Origin: Chlamydiia bacterium
GTDB taxonomy: Bacteria; Chlamydiota; Chlamydiia; Chlamydiales; SM23-39
Direction of reading: 5' to 3'
NCBI GenBank assembly: GCA_016213175.1
Contig: JACRBF010000016.1
Coordinates: forward strand, 1-48,767
DNA length: 48,767 nucleotides
Notes under the pieces: generated by a model
What the model saw: only the letters and a program-made list of their open reading frames with translations
Database searches by the model: none
What the model was told of the DNA's origin: nothing
Shown here: one piece after another, positions 7,389 through 16,366 of the stretch
Position numbering within the stretch: position 1 is the first letter of the stretch
Layout: every line of letters begins with the position of its first letter
Translations under genes and position numbers: made by a program

Positions 7389-7480
7389 ACCCAGCCCTCA
7401 AGGGCTGGGTATTTTCAAAACAATGTTAGGCCGAGTCGAAGCTCGGCCTAACTTACAATCCCAGGCATTAATGCCTGGGT
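7389..7480. repeat. Cluster of three GC-rich hairpins (REP/BIME-like)
   Basis: ACCCAGCCC-TCAA-GGGCTGGGT (7389-7410), TTAGGCCGAG-N6-CTCGGCCTAA (7426-7451), and the perfect palindrome CCCAGGCATTAATGCCTGGG (7460-7479). Confidence 0.8.
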
Positions 7481-7637
7481 GTTCACCGCGCAATTCTTGA
7501 ACAGTTGCTTTAAGTTGCGCTATCTGCTCGGCTTGTTCCTGAATCAAACCAACCAAGGACTTCACCCATGGCACGGTTTGCTGCTTTTCTGGGATCTCTA
7601 TCGAATTCATGCCAAGGCAGTTTAAAGAAAATCTCAA
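7398..7637 (-). pseudogene. Possible transposase N-terminal remnant (leucine-zipper-like stub)
   Basis: MNSIEIPEKQQTVPWVKSLVGLIQEQAEQIAQLKATVQELRGE resembles the coiled-coil N-termini of several IS transposase families. The frame then runs into the hairpin cluster. The family cannot be assigned by eye. Confidence 0.3.
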
Positions 7638-8028
7638 TCATTTGCAAAAAAGTTTTACGGAAAGGGGGGCAGATTCTGTGGATCTTGATGTGCACCTGTA
7701 TCGCGCAGGGGCTGTGAAATTCGACGTGGGCGCCGAGTTTGCGTTGTATAGAGAAATAGGAACGGGAGACTTGGAGCCTCATGTACAGATGAGTTGGACG
7801 CACGAGACCAGGTTTTTAGGAAAAACGGTGTCTGCAAACCTGACTGGCCAGAACTGTACGTTTAGCGTTGAAGGCATGAGCCCTGATCGTTCCTATTTTT
7901 CCCTCATTGTCGGAACTAGAGCGGTGTTTTTGGCAGAGTCTTTGTTCCTATCGCTAGATTATGAAGGGGCTTATGGGCATGGGTATCGTAGCAATCAGGG
8001 GAGTTTTCAAGTGCAGATGAATTGGTAA
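7609..8028 (+). pseudogene. Autotransporter / Pmp-like beta-barrel, C-terminal fragment
   Basis: An alternating hydrophobic beta-strand pattern ends in ...YRSNQGSFQVQMNW with a terminal aromatic residue, as in autotransporter barrels. Only about 120 residues are present, with no passenger domain or signal peptide upstream. Confidence 0.45.
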
Positions 8029-8118
8029 TCAGTGACGCAGAGACACATAACGCACTAATCATTATAGATTTGAGTTTGTGTAGAACGAAAAAAGAGGGGG
8101 ATTGTATACTCGTCTCTT

Positions 8119-11100
8119 ATGTTTCATTCCGACAAAGGCGAATCATTTCCAGGCAGAGAAGAGAGGATTCTTCGGTTTTGGAAGGAGGCGCTTATTTTCG
8201 AAGGATCTGTGGAGAAAAGACGGGGCAGTCCTCTGTTCTCCTTCTATGACGGGCCCCCTTTTGCGACGGGACTCCCTCACTATGGGCATATTTTAGCGGG
8301 AACGATTAAGGATGTGGTGCCCCGCTATAAGACTATGAAGGGGTTTTGCGTACCGCGCAGGTTTGGGTGGGATTGCCATGGACTGCCTGTCGAAAATGAG
8401 ATCGAGAAGGCGCAGGAATTATCGGGAGCCAATGCGATTGAGGCATTTGGGATTGCCCGTTTCAATGAAGAGTGCCGCAGTATTGTTCTGCGTTACACAG
8501 AGGAGTGGCGCAAAACGGTGGACCGGATGGGGCGCTGGGTTGATTTTGACCATGCCTACCGGACGATGGATCTGCCCTTCATGGAAAGCGTCTGGTGGGT
8601 TTTCAAGCAGCTCTATGATAGGGGGCTTGTGTATGAAGGCTTCAAGGTCATGCCATTTTCGATGAAGTTAGGCACGCCGCTTTCTAATTTTGAAGCCAAT
8701 CTCAATTACAAAGAGATCGATGATCCTTCTCTCACCATTGCCTTTGAGTTGGTAGATGAGCCGGGCACGTTTGTTTTAGCGTGGACGACGACGCCCTGGA
8801 CCCTCCCCTCCAATTTAGCGCTCATGGTGGGACCGGATCACGATTATGTGAAAGTGCGCGATCCCAAAACAGGAAAGCACTATATCCTAGCCTCCGCACG
8901 TCTTGGCGTCAATTTTAAGGAACCTGTAGAGCAGATAGCCCTGTTTAAAGGAACAGCGCTCGCAGGGAAGCGGTATAAGCCTTTATTTCCTTTTTTCAAA
9001 GAGAGACAAGAGGCCTTTCGGGTTATTGTCGAAGAAGCGGTCTCTCTTGAAGAGGGCACGGGAGTGGTTCATGCTGCGCCTGCTTTCGGCGAAATCGACT
9101 TTTTTGCCTGCAAGAGAGAGGGGATCGAACTGGTATGCCCTGTTGATAGCAATGGCCATTTTACGAAAGAGGCGCCTCCCTATGAAGGATTCCTCGTGAA
9201 GGATATAGAGAAAGAGATTATCCGTGACTTGAAACAGCAGGGGCATGTTTTTTATCACGGGACGATTCACCACCGTTACCCCTTCTGTTGGCGCTCTGAC
9301 ACGCCTTTGATTTACAAGGCGGTTCGTACGTGGTTTGTGGCTGTGGAAAAGATCAAAAACGATCTTCTTGCAGCCAATGAAGAGATTACTTGGGTTCCTG
9401 AGTTCATCAAAGAGGGGCGTTTTGGCAAATGGCTCGAAAATGCGCGCGATTGGGCGATCAGCCGTAATCGGTATTGGGGTACGCCGATTCCCCTTTGGAG
9501 AAATGAAAAAGGAGATGTGGTTGCCATTGGCAGCGTCTCCGAATTGGAAAAGCGAATAGGAGGGAAAATCACCGATCTGCACCGGCACTTCATTGATCCA
9601 TTGACATTTGAACAAGACGGGCATGTCTATCGGCGCATACCCGAAGTGTTCGATTGTTGGTTTGAATCAGGTTCGATGCCCTACGCGCAGCACCATTTTC
9701 CTTTTGCACACGAGGAGGCATTTGAACAGAGCTTTCCCGCCGATTTCATTGCAGAGGGGCTTGACCAGACGCGAGGGTGGTTCTATACGCTGACCGTCCT
9801 TTCTGCAGCTCTATACAAAAAACCCAGCTTTACCCATGCAATCGTGAATGGGATCATCTTGGCGGAAGATGGCAACAAGATGTCCAAACGGTTAAAGAAT
9901 TACCCCGATCCTGAGGCTGTCATTCAGAGGTTTGGCGCAGACGCCATTCGATTGTATATGCTTGGCAGCCCAGCTGTGAGAGCGGAAGACATGCGTTTTT
10001 CAGAACGGGGTGTCGAGCAGGTACTGAGGCAGGCTCTCATCCCCTTTTGGAACTCTTTTGTATTTCTTTCGACTTACGCTAAGATCTACCATTGGCATCC
10101 GGAAAAAGGGGGCCAAAAAAGCGATTCCCTGATCGACCGATGGCTTTGTTCTCTCGCGGAGAAGTTGATCCACGACGTAGAAACCGGAATGGAAGGCTAT
10201 GAGCTTGACAAAGCGGTCATGCCGCTGGTGGGGTTTATCGATCAGTTGACCAATTGGTATATCCGTAGATGTAGAGGGAGGTTCTGGGCAGATGAGGATA
10301 CGCAGGATCGGCGCGATGCTTTCTACACGCTTTACACTGTGCTGCTCCAATTGGTGAAGATTGCTGCTCCCATCATCCCTTTTTTGAGCGAGGCGATTTA
10401 TCTTGAACTGCGCACCTCTTCAATGCCAGAATCGGTTCATTTGTGCGACTTTCCCGTCTATGACGCCTCCGTGAGAGACATCTCTTTAGAACAAGAGGTG
10501 GCATCTGCCCAATCTGCGGTAAGCCTTGGTCATAGCATTCGCAAGGAATATAAGCTCAAAGTGAGGCAGCCTTTGCCTGCCGCGCATGTCATCACCTCCA
10601 ATGAGGCGTTGTTGCGGTCTCTACGCAGCCAGTCCTCAATCATCGCTGACGAACTCAATGTGAAGCATGTGGAGTTTCATTCGGACGAGGCGCAATTTGT
10701 GCGGTGGATAGCCAAGCCGAACTTTCCCGTGCTCGGTAAAAAAGTGGGCAAGCTGATGCCACAAGTGCAGAAAATCGTGCAAGAGTTCGATCGTCAACAG
10801 ATTCAATCCCTCAAGAATGGACATCGCGTGCAGATCGTCGTAGGTACAGAGACGATCGAATTGGAGGCGGAAGATGTCCAAATCGAGCGGAAGGTCAAAG
10901 AGGGCCTTGCTGCGGGCAATGCAGGGGAGTTGACTGTGGCTTTAGATACCACGCTTGATGACGCTCTGCTTATCGAAGGGATTGCTAGGGAGCTTGTCAA
11001 TAAAATCAATACGACACGTAGAGAGATGGATTTAGAAGTGACCGATCGGATTGAGATCCGTCTTCAGACAACGTCTCGCGTACAAGAAGCATTCAAGCGC

Positions 11101-11229
11101 CATAAAGACTATGTGATGCACGAGGTACTGGCGACCGATGTGCAGTTTGTTCCCTGTGAGGGGAGTCTTTGGGACATCAATGGCGAAGAGGCTATTGCTG
11201 TGATCTCCAGCGGGAATGGCTTTTTCTAA
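8119..11229 (+). CDS. ileS: Isoleucine--tRNA ligase, type 2 (eukaryote-like)
   Basis: 1036 aa. HIGH-type motif PHYGHILAG, KMSKR, and class Ia editing (CP1) region. The length and C-terminal architecture fit type-2 IleRS as found in Chlamydiae. Confidence 0.95.
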   Translation: MFHSDKGESFPGREERILRFWKEALIFEGSVEKRRGSPLFSFYDGPPFATGLPHYGHILAGTIKDVVPRYKTMKGFCVPRRFGWDCHGLPVENEIEKAQELSGANAIEAFGIARFNEECRSIVLRYTEEWRKTVDRMGRWVDFDHAYRTMDLPFMESVWWVFKQLYDRGLVYEGFKVMPFSMKLGTPLSNFEANLNYKEIDDPSLTIAFELVDEPGTFVLAWTTTPWTLPSNLALMVGPDHDYVKVRDPKTGKHYILASARLGVNFKEPVEQIALFKGTALAGKRYKPLFPFFKERQEAFRVIVEEAVSLEEGTGVVHAAPAFGEIDFFACKREGIELVCPVDSNGHFTKEAPPYEGFLVKDIEKEIIRDLKQQGHVFYHGTIHHRYPFCWRSDTPLIYKAVRTWFVAVEKIKNDLLAANEEITWVPEFIKEGRFGKWLENARDWAISRNRYWGTPIPLWRNEKGDVVAIGSVSELEKRIGGKITDLHRHFIDPLTFEQDGHVYRRIPEVFDCWFESGSMPYAQHHFPFAHEEAFEQSFPADFIAEGLDQTRGWFYTLTVLSAALYKKPSFTHAIVNGIILAEDGNKMSKRLKNYPDPEAVIQRFGADAIRLYMLGSPAVRAEDMRFSERGVEQVLRQALIPFWNSFVFLSTYAKIYHWHPEKGGQKSDSLIDRWLCSLAEKLIHDVETGMEGYELDKAVMPLVGFIDQLTNWYIRRCRGRFWADEDTQDRRDAFYTLYTVLLQLVKIAAPIIPFLSEAIYLELRTSSMPESVHLCDFPVYDASVRDISLEQEVASAQSAVSLGHSIRKEYKLKVRQPLPAAHVITSNEALLRSLRSQSSIIADELNVKHVEFHSDEAQFVRWIAKPNFPVLGKKVGKLMPQVQKIVQEFDRQQIQSLKNGHRVQIVVGTETIELEAEDVQIERKVKEGLAAGNAGELTVALDTTLDDALLIEGIARELVNKINTTRREMDLEVTDRIEIRLQTTSRVQEAFKRHKDYVMHEVLATDVQFVPCEGSLWDINGEEAIAVISSGNGFF

Positions 11230-11262
11230 AAAATCCTTGACTTTAGCGAAATACAAATTATC

Positions 11263-12300
11263 TTGGAGACAGTCACAGAACTCCGGGAGAATTTGCGTAT
11301 GATGCAAAAGCCTGTCCTTTTCATGCTCCTCTTTGCGGGTTTTGTCCTCCTTCTCTTTTTGATCATGCAGCCCTTCGAGGTGTTTCAATTCCGCTCCCAG
11401 ATCGCGATGCTATTTCCTAAGGGAGCTATTGCCATCAAAGAGCGCAACCTCTTGTTTATCGTTCAAGGCATTATGCTGCTCGTCATTATCCCCGTGTATA
11501 TCCTTACGTTTATCTTTTCCTGGAAATACAGAGCTCATAATGCGAAGGCAAAATATGATCCCGATTTGGTCGATAACCGCATTGCGGAATACATCTGGTG
11601 GGGCGTCCCTCTTGTTTTCACGATCATTATCTGCGTCTTGGCAGGAGTGAAAACCTATGAGTTAGATCCCTTTAAACCCCTTGTATCTGACAAAAAACCC
11701 ATGAAGATCCAGGTGGTAGCTCTTCAATGGAAATGGCTTTTTATCTATCCGGAGGAAAAAATTGCGACGGTCAATTTTGTGCAGTTTCCGGAACAAACCC
11801 CCATTGATTTTGAAATTACAGCTGACGCTCCCATGAACTCCTTTTGGATTCCCGATTTAGGCGGACAAATTTATGCCATGCCTAAAATGAAGACGAAATT
11901 GCATTTGATTGCCGATAAAACAGGAGAGTTTAGAGGCGCGTCGGCGAATTTAAGCGGCGAGGGCTTCGCTGGAATGCATTTTATTGCGAAAGCCTCCTCG
12001 GATGAGGAGTATCAACAATGGCTGCAATCAGCACGAGGAGCTGCAAAAACTCTACATTTATCTGAGTATGAGACATTGGCTCTTCCGAGTAAAAATAATG
12101 CTCCGGAAGTGTATCAATTGCAAGAAGAACGTCTTTTCGATCAGATCATGGATCGCTATACCAAACGTGATTCAAGAATTGGGATTTCGGCGTTGACACA
12201 GCCGAAATCCCAATTCTTGAATCACGTTTGGTATATATGTATCCACAACCACAAGGATGAGTATGTTCGGCAAACTGACTCTGAATGCTTTTATCCATGA
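11263..12300 (+). CDS. cyoA: Cytochrome bo3-type ubiquinol oxidase subunit II
   Basis: [48 protein letters not shown] parallels E. coli CyoA and lacks the CuA Cys ligands. The start may be ATG 11299. The last ~45 codons run through repeat C2 and overlap cyoB. Confidence 0.9.
   Translation: METVTELRENLRMMQKPVLFMLLFAGFVLLLFLIMQPFEVFQFRSQIAMLFPKGAIAIKERNLLFIVQGIMLLVIIPVYILTFIFSWKYRAHNAKAKYDPDLVDNRIAEYIWWGVPLVFTIIICVLAGVKTYELDPFKPLVSDKKPMKIQVVALQWKWLFIYPEEKIATVNFVQFPEQTPIDFEITADAPMNSFWIPDLGGQIYAMPKMKTKLHLIADKTGEFRGASANLSGEGFAGMHFIAKASSDEEYQQWLQSARGAAKTLHLSEYETLALPSKNNAPEVYQLQEERLFDQIMDRYTKRDSRIGISALTQPKSQFLNHVWYICIHNHKDEYVRQTDSECFYP
12157..12235. mobile_element. Family C palindromic element, short form C2 (79 bp)
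   Basis: TATACCAAACGTGATTCAAGAATTGGGATTTCGGC-GTTGACACA-GCCGAAATCCCAATTCTTGAATCACGTTTGGTATA, perfect 35-bp arms. It lies inside the 3' end of the cyoA ORF, 21 nt upstream of the cyoB ATG. Confidence 0.9.
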
Positions 12301-14227
12301 AGCTAGTCAGAATATAGCGGTTGTCATGATGATCCTGGGCGGCATTGCCCTGGTAGCTCTTCTTTTCTATCTAAAGCGTTGGAAATGGTTGTGGAACGAA
12401 TGGCTCACCTCTGTTGATCCGAAGAGGATCGGGATCATGTACATCATCATGGTGCACATCATGTTTCTTAAAGGATTTGCAGACGCTCTCATGATGCGGG
12501 CTCAGCAGGCATTGTCTGTGGGCGATGCGCATGGGTTTATCTCCGCCGATCATTTCCAAGAGCTTTTTTCCGCGCACGGCACTACGATGATTTTCTTCGT
12601 TGGCATGGGGGTTGTTTTTGGATTGATGAATCTTGTTGTCCCCTTACAAATTGGAGCAAGGGATGTTGCCTATCCGTTTTTAAATGCCCTTGGATTTTGG
12701 CTATTTGCCTCTGCCTGCATATTATCTTTGATTTCCCTTGCTGTCGGCAAGTTCTCAGCGACAGGCTGGCTTGCTTATCCTCCTCTTTCAGGCATAGAGT
12801 ATAGTCCAGGCGAAGGAGTAGATTATTGGATCTGGATGCTTCAAATTGCAGGGGTCGGCAGCACCATCTCGGGTATCAATTTCTTAGCGACGATTTTAAA
12901 AATGCGCTGCCCTGGCATGACACTGATGAAAATGCCGATCTTTGTCTGGAGTGCTTTGTGTTCGATGGTGCTGATTATTTTTGCGTTTCCGATTTTGACA
13001 GGGACGCTTTTTATGCTCACTTTGGATCGTTACTTGGGGATGCACTTTTTTACGGCGGGCGCTGGCGGCAATCCTATGATGTACATCAACCTCATCTGGG
13101 CTTGGGGTCATCCGGAGGTGTATATTTTAATTCTTCCCGCTTTTGGCACGTTTTCTGAAGTAGTGGCCACCTTCTCGGAAAAGAGACTCTTCGGTTACGT
13201 GTCCATGGTGTGGGCGCTCATTATCATCACCTTTCTTTCTTTCATCGTCTGGCTCCACCATTTCTTCACCATGGGAGCGAGCGCTAGTGTCAACGCTTTT
13301 TTTGGAATCATGACGATGTTGATTGCGATCCCTACAGGGGTCAAAATATTTAACTGGCTGTTTACAAAATTTCGAGGGCGCGTCCATTTCGATACGCCCA
13401 TGCTATGGTTCTTTGCCTTTGTGCTCAATTTTAGTGTGGGAGGGATGACAGGAGTTCTCCTCTCGGTGCCGCCTATCGATTATCAGGTACACAATAGCCT
13501 TTTCCTGATTGCCCACTTTCATGGTGTGATCATTGGCGGAGTGCTTTTTGGCTTTTTTTCTGCATTCACTTACTGGTTTCCCAAGTGTACCGGATTTCTC
13601 CTGAATGAACGATTAAACCGCTATGCATTTTGGTTTTGGTTTACTGGATTCTTGCTCGCTTTCATGCCCCTTTACATGCTCGGCTTTATGGGAGCTACAA
13701 GACGGCTCGATCACTATGAGGCAGCTACAGGCTGGAATCCCTTATTCAAATTAGTGGGAATAGGGGCTCTGCTTATTTTATGCGGTATAAGCATCCAGCT
13801 TTACGATCTGTATGTGAGCATTAAAAACAGGAAAAAACACTTAGATAAAACAGGAGATCCATGGAATGGCAGAACGCTGGAGTGGTCTGTTTCCTCTCCT
13901 CCTCCCATCTACAATTTTGCCATCTTGCCTACAGTTGATCAGCGCGATCCTTTCTGGGCCATGAAGCATGGTGCGGCGCCGCGGCAACGAGGGTATGAAG
14001 ATATTCACTTACCCAAGAACACCCCTGTCAGCATGTATCTAGGACTGTCAACCCTAGTCTTCGGCTTTGCCATGACCTGGCATATCACCTGGCTTTCTCT
14101 TTTCAGTTTTGCAGCTACGGTGGCATTACTTATTTTTCGCCTTTCAGGCCCAGATGAGTATGAGCTTATCACAGCTGCGCAAGTGAAAAAAATGGATGCC
14201 GCGCATTCAGGGCTTTATAAAGGATAA
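12257..14227 (+). CDS. cyoB: Cytochrome bo3-type ubiquinol oxidase subunit I (heme-copper oxidase)
   Basis: 656 aa and polytopic. [26 protein letters not shown] and [13 protein letters not shown] are the heme/CuB histidine motifs. Confidence 0.95.
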   Translation: MSMFGKLTLNAFIHEASQNIAVVMMILGGIALVALLFYLKRWKWLWNEWLTSVDPKRIGIMYIIMVHIMFLKGFADALMMRAQQALSVGDAHGFISADHFQELFSAHGTTMIFFVGMGVVFGLMNLVVPLQIGARDVAYPFLNALGFWLFASACILSLISLAVGKFSATGWLAYPPLSGIEYSPGEGVDYWIWMLQIAGVGSTISGINFLATILKMRCPGMTLMKMPIFVWSALCSMVLIIFAFPILTGTLFMLTLDRYLGMHFFTAGAGGNPMMYINLIWAWGHPEVYILILPAFGTFSEVVATFSEKRLFGYVSMVWALIIITFLSFIVWLHHFFTMGASASVNAFFGIMTMLIAIPTGVKIFNWLFTKFRGRVHFDTPMLWFFAFVLNFSVGGMTGVLLSVPPIDYQVHNSLFLIAHFHGVIIGGVLFGFFSAFTYWFPKCTGFLLNERLNRYAFWFWFTGFLLAFMPLYMLGFMGATRRLDHYEAATGWNPLFKLVGIGALLILCGISIQLYDLYVSIKNRKKHLDKTGDPWNGRTLEWSVSSPPPIYNFAILPTVDQRDPFWAMKHGAAPRQRGYEDIHLPKNTPVSMYLGLSTLVFGFAMTWHITWLSLFSFAATVALLIFRLSGPDEYELITAAQVKKMDAAHSGLYKG

Positions 14228-14228
14228 T

Positions 14229-14858
14229 ATGGACCATTCTTTGACGATCCACCATACCCGCGACCCCCATGCAGATACCCGCACGCCAGATCCGCACCAG
14301 GATACGTTTTCCAAGACCATTTTAGGTTTTTGGATGTATCTCATGACCGACTGCCTGTTATTTACGAGTCTCTTCGCTACGTATGCCGTACTGCACAATA
14401 GCACCTTTGGCGGTCCCTCATCGAGGCAGCTTTTTAGCCTTCCCTCCACGATTGTCGAAACAATGGCCTTATTGATGAGCAGTGTGACGTGCGGTTTTGC
14501 CATGCTAGCCGCTTTGCACAACAAGAAAAAGAAAATCATCGTGTGGCTGGCTGCTTCCTTCTTATTGGGCGCCTGTTTTGTGGCGATCGAATTATCAGAG
14601 TTTTCCCATTTAGTCCATGAAGGGAATAGCTGGCAAAGATCTGCCTTTCTCTCCTCCTTTTTCGCCCTTGTAGGGACACACGGATTTCACGTATCTGTTG
14701 GCTTACTGTGGATGGCTGTGATGATGGGGCAAGTGGCTTTTTACGGAGTGACTGTCCATACCTTTCGAAGGCTCGCTGTATTCAGTATGTTTTGGCATTT
14801 CTTGGACTTGGTATGGATTTTTATATTTACCTTCGTTTACCTGATGGGAGTGATTTGA
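14229..14858 (+). CDS. cyoC: Cytochrome bo3-type ubiquinol oxidase subunit III
   Basis: Five-TM pattern, GTHGFHVSVG and FWHFLDLVWIFIFTFVYL. ATG 14229 follows the cyoB stop (14227). Confidence 0.9.
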   Translation: MDHSLTIHHTRDPHADTRTPDPHQDTFSKTILGFWMYLMTDCLLFTSLFATYAVLHNSTFGGPSSRQLFSLPSTIVETMALLMSSVTCGFAMLAALHNKKKKIIVWLAASFLLGACFVAIELSEFSHLVHEGNSWQRSAFLSSFFALVGTHGFHVSVGLLWMAVMMGQVAFYGVTVHTFRRLAVFSMFWHFLDLVWIFIFTFVYLMGVI

Positions 14859-15233
14859 ATGGATTCTGAACTCAGTTTGAAACAGATCCAAAAAGAGTGG
14901 CATGGATCGCCTAAATCCTATGTCATTGGATTTACCGCTTCCATCCTTTTGACGGCAGCCTCGTTTTCGTGTGTTATGATAGGTGTGCTATCGGGCAAAG
15001 CCCTAGTTTATACGCTTGTTGGGTTTGCGCTTGTGCAGGCCATCTTTCAGCTCCTCTATTTCCTGCACTTAGGGAAGGAAGAATCTCCTCGCTGGGAGAC
15101 GCTGATCTTTGGCTTTATGGTGATGGTGTTGCTTATCGTAGCTATCGGTTCCCTTTGGATTATGTCTGATTTGAACGATCGGGTGATGTCCGATATGAAT
15201 CAGGAAGAGATGCCTATGGAGCATTCTCACTAG
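14859..15233 (+). CDS. cyoD: Cytochrome bo3-type ubiquinol oxidase subunit IV
   Basis: 124 aa with three predicted TM helices. It starts immediately after cyoC in the canonical operon position. Confidence 0.8.
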   Translation: MDSELSLKQIQKEWHGSPKSYVIGFTASILLTAASFSCVMIGVLSGKALVYTLVGFALVQAIFQLLYFLHLGKEESPRWETLIFGFMVMVLLIVAIGSLWIMSDLNDRVMSDMNQEEMPMEHSH

Positions 15234-15292
15234 CCCGCATTTCTCACACAGATCGTTCAGATTTTCCCGGAATATGTGAGAAATGCGGGCTA
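15231..15292. terminator. Long hairpin between convergent cyoD and small Cys-rich ORF
   Basis: TAGCCCGCATTTCTCACA-N26-TGTGAGAAATGCGGGCTA, a perfect 18-bp stem starting at the cyoD stop codon. There is no clear U-tract. Confidence 0.45.
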
Positions 15293-15304
15293 GATCTTCA
15301 GATT

Positions 15305-15466
15305 CTAACGGCGTGTGGCATTATGTTCAGAGCAGCAAGTAGCCCCGCATTCACAACCCGAGGCGCAGCCACAGCCGCAGGAGGCGTGAGTCTGAGGAGC
15401 AGGAGAGCGGGCACACGATGCGAGCGTAAGACAACTGGTTAAAGCGAAAAAAATAAACGTTTTCAT
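15305..15466 (-). CDS. Unannotated 53-aa Cys-rich putative lipoprotein
   Basis: Hand translation gives MKTFIFFALTSCLTLASCARSPAPQTHASCGCGCASGCECGATCCSEHNATRR*. It has a signal peptide with lipobox L-A-S-C, then 8 Cys in 18 residues. It is too short for the ORF track and has no obvious Shine-Dalgarno sequence. Confidence 0.4.
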   Translation of the reverse strand: MKTFIFFALTSCLTLASCARSPAPQTHASCGCGCASGCECGATCCSEHNATRR

Positions 15467-15478
15467 ACTTGAATAAGA

Positions 15479-16366
15479 GTGTACATGGAAAGAGTCGTTA
15501 GATCAAATAGTTTGTTCATTCTCAAAACGTATATAGGGCTCACCAAGCCCGGGATTGTCATGGGGAACGCGATGACCTGCGCGGGCGGCTTTGCCTTTGC
15601 TGCGCAAGGGCAATTTGATAGTCCTCTTTTTGCAGCGTCTCTCATGGGACTATCCCTCATTGTTGCAACGGGGTGTGTAGCCAATAATTGCATTGATAGG
15701 GCGCGCGATGCGCAGATGGAGAGAACCAAGCAAAGGGCGCTTGTGAGAGGAGAGATTGCCTTGCCGGAAGCTAAGAGATTTGCGCTGATTCTCGGCGTGC
15801 TAGGAACCGTAAGCCTTGCCTTGTTTGCGAACGTGCTGTCCGCAATCCTTGCGCTCGTTGGATTGTTTGTCTATCTTGTTTTGTACACCATTTCGAAATA
15901 TCGCTCTGAATATGGAACGCTCATCGGCGCTATTGCAGGCGCTATCCCGCCTGTTGTTGGATACTGCACTGTTACAGGCGTTTTGGATGGGGGAGCTTTA
16001 ATGCTCTTTGCGATCTTGATGCTCTGGCAGATGCCCCATTTCTACGCGATCGCTATTTACCGTCTCAAAGAATACGAAGCGGCAGCCATTCCTGTATTGC
16101 CAATACAAAGGGGCATGCGTGTTACGAAAATACACATGCTCCTCTATATCGTGGCTTTTCTGGCGGTCTCGCTAATGCCTACTTTTTTCGGTTATACAGG
16201 AAGACTCTACGGCTTGGTCACAGCCCTTTTAGGAGGTGTGTGGCTTTGGTGTTGTGTACAGGGCTTTTGGTGCAAAAGCAATCCCGTTTGGGCAAGGAAG
16301 ATGTTCGTCATGTCGCTTGCTGTCATCACAGGATTATGTTTGACAATTCCCCTTAGAGTGATATAA
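15479..16366 (+). CDS. cyoE: Protoheme IX farnesyltransferase (heme O synthase)
   Basis: UbiA-family polytopic protein. LTKPGIVMGN and NNCIDRARDAQMERTKQR match the N-x3-D-x3-D-x2-M-x-RT motif. The start is GTG 15479 or ATG 15485. Confidence 0.9.
   Translation: MYMERVVRSNSLFILKTYIGLTKPGIVMGNAMTCAGGFAFAAQGQFDSPLFAASLMGLSLIVATGCVANNCIDRARDAQMERTKQRALVRGEIALPEAKRFALILGVLGTVSLALFANVLSAILALVGLFVYLVLYTISKYRSEYGTLIGAIAGAIPPVVGYCTVTGVLDGGALMLFAILMLWQMPHFYAIAIYRLKEYEAAAIPVLPIQRGMRVTKIHMLLYIVAFLAVSLMPTFFGYTGRLYGLVTALLGGVWLWCCVQGFWCKSNPVWARKMFVMSLAVITGLCLTIPLRVI

Noticed and set aside
8029-8118. T-box or other leader upstream of ileS
   Set aside because: The spacer is only about 90 nt. I could not find a specifier loop or T-box consensus, or a terminator/antiterminator pair.
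8983-9624. Large antisense or out-of-frame ORFs inside well-supported genes (e.g. 8983-9624 in ileS, 21086-21577 in the synthetase, 22270-22893 in pnp, 26536-27051 in the rhomboid gene, 32626-33216 opposite rplS/rnhB, 28583-29053 in prfA)
   Set aside because: Each is embedded in a gene with strong motif support on the other strand or frame. Their translations are low-complexity, rich in R, S and P, and have no recognisable motifs.
15463-15729. 88-aa minus-strand ORF overlapping the cyoE start
   Set aside because: It lies entirely antisense to the conserved N-terminal part of cyoE and has no signal or motif. The adjacent 53-aa lipoprotein-like ORF is a separate frame and is reported separately.
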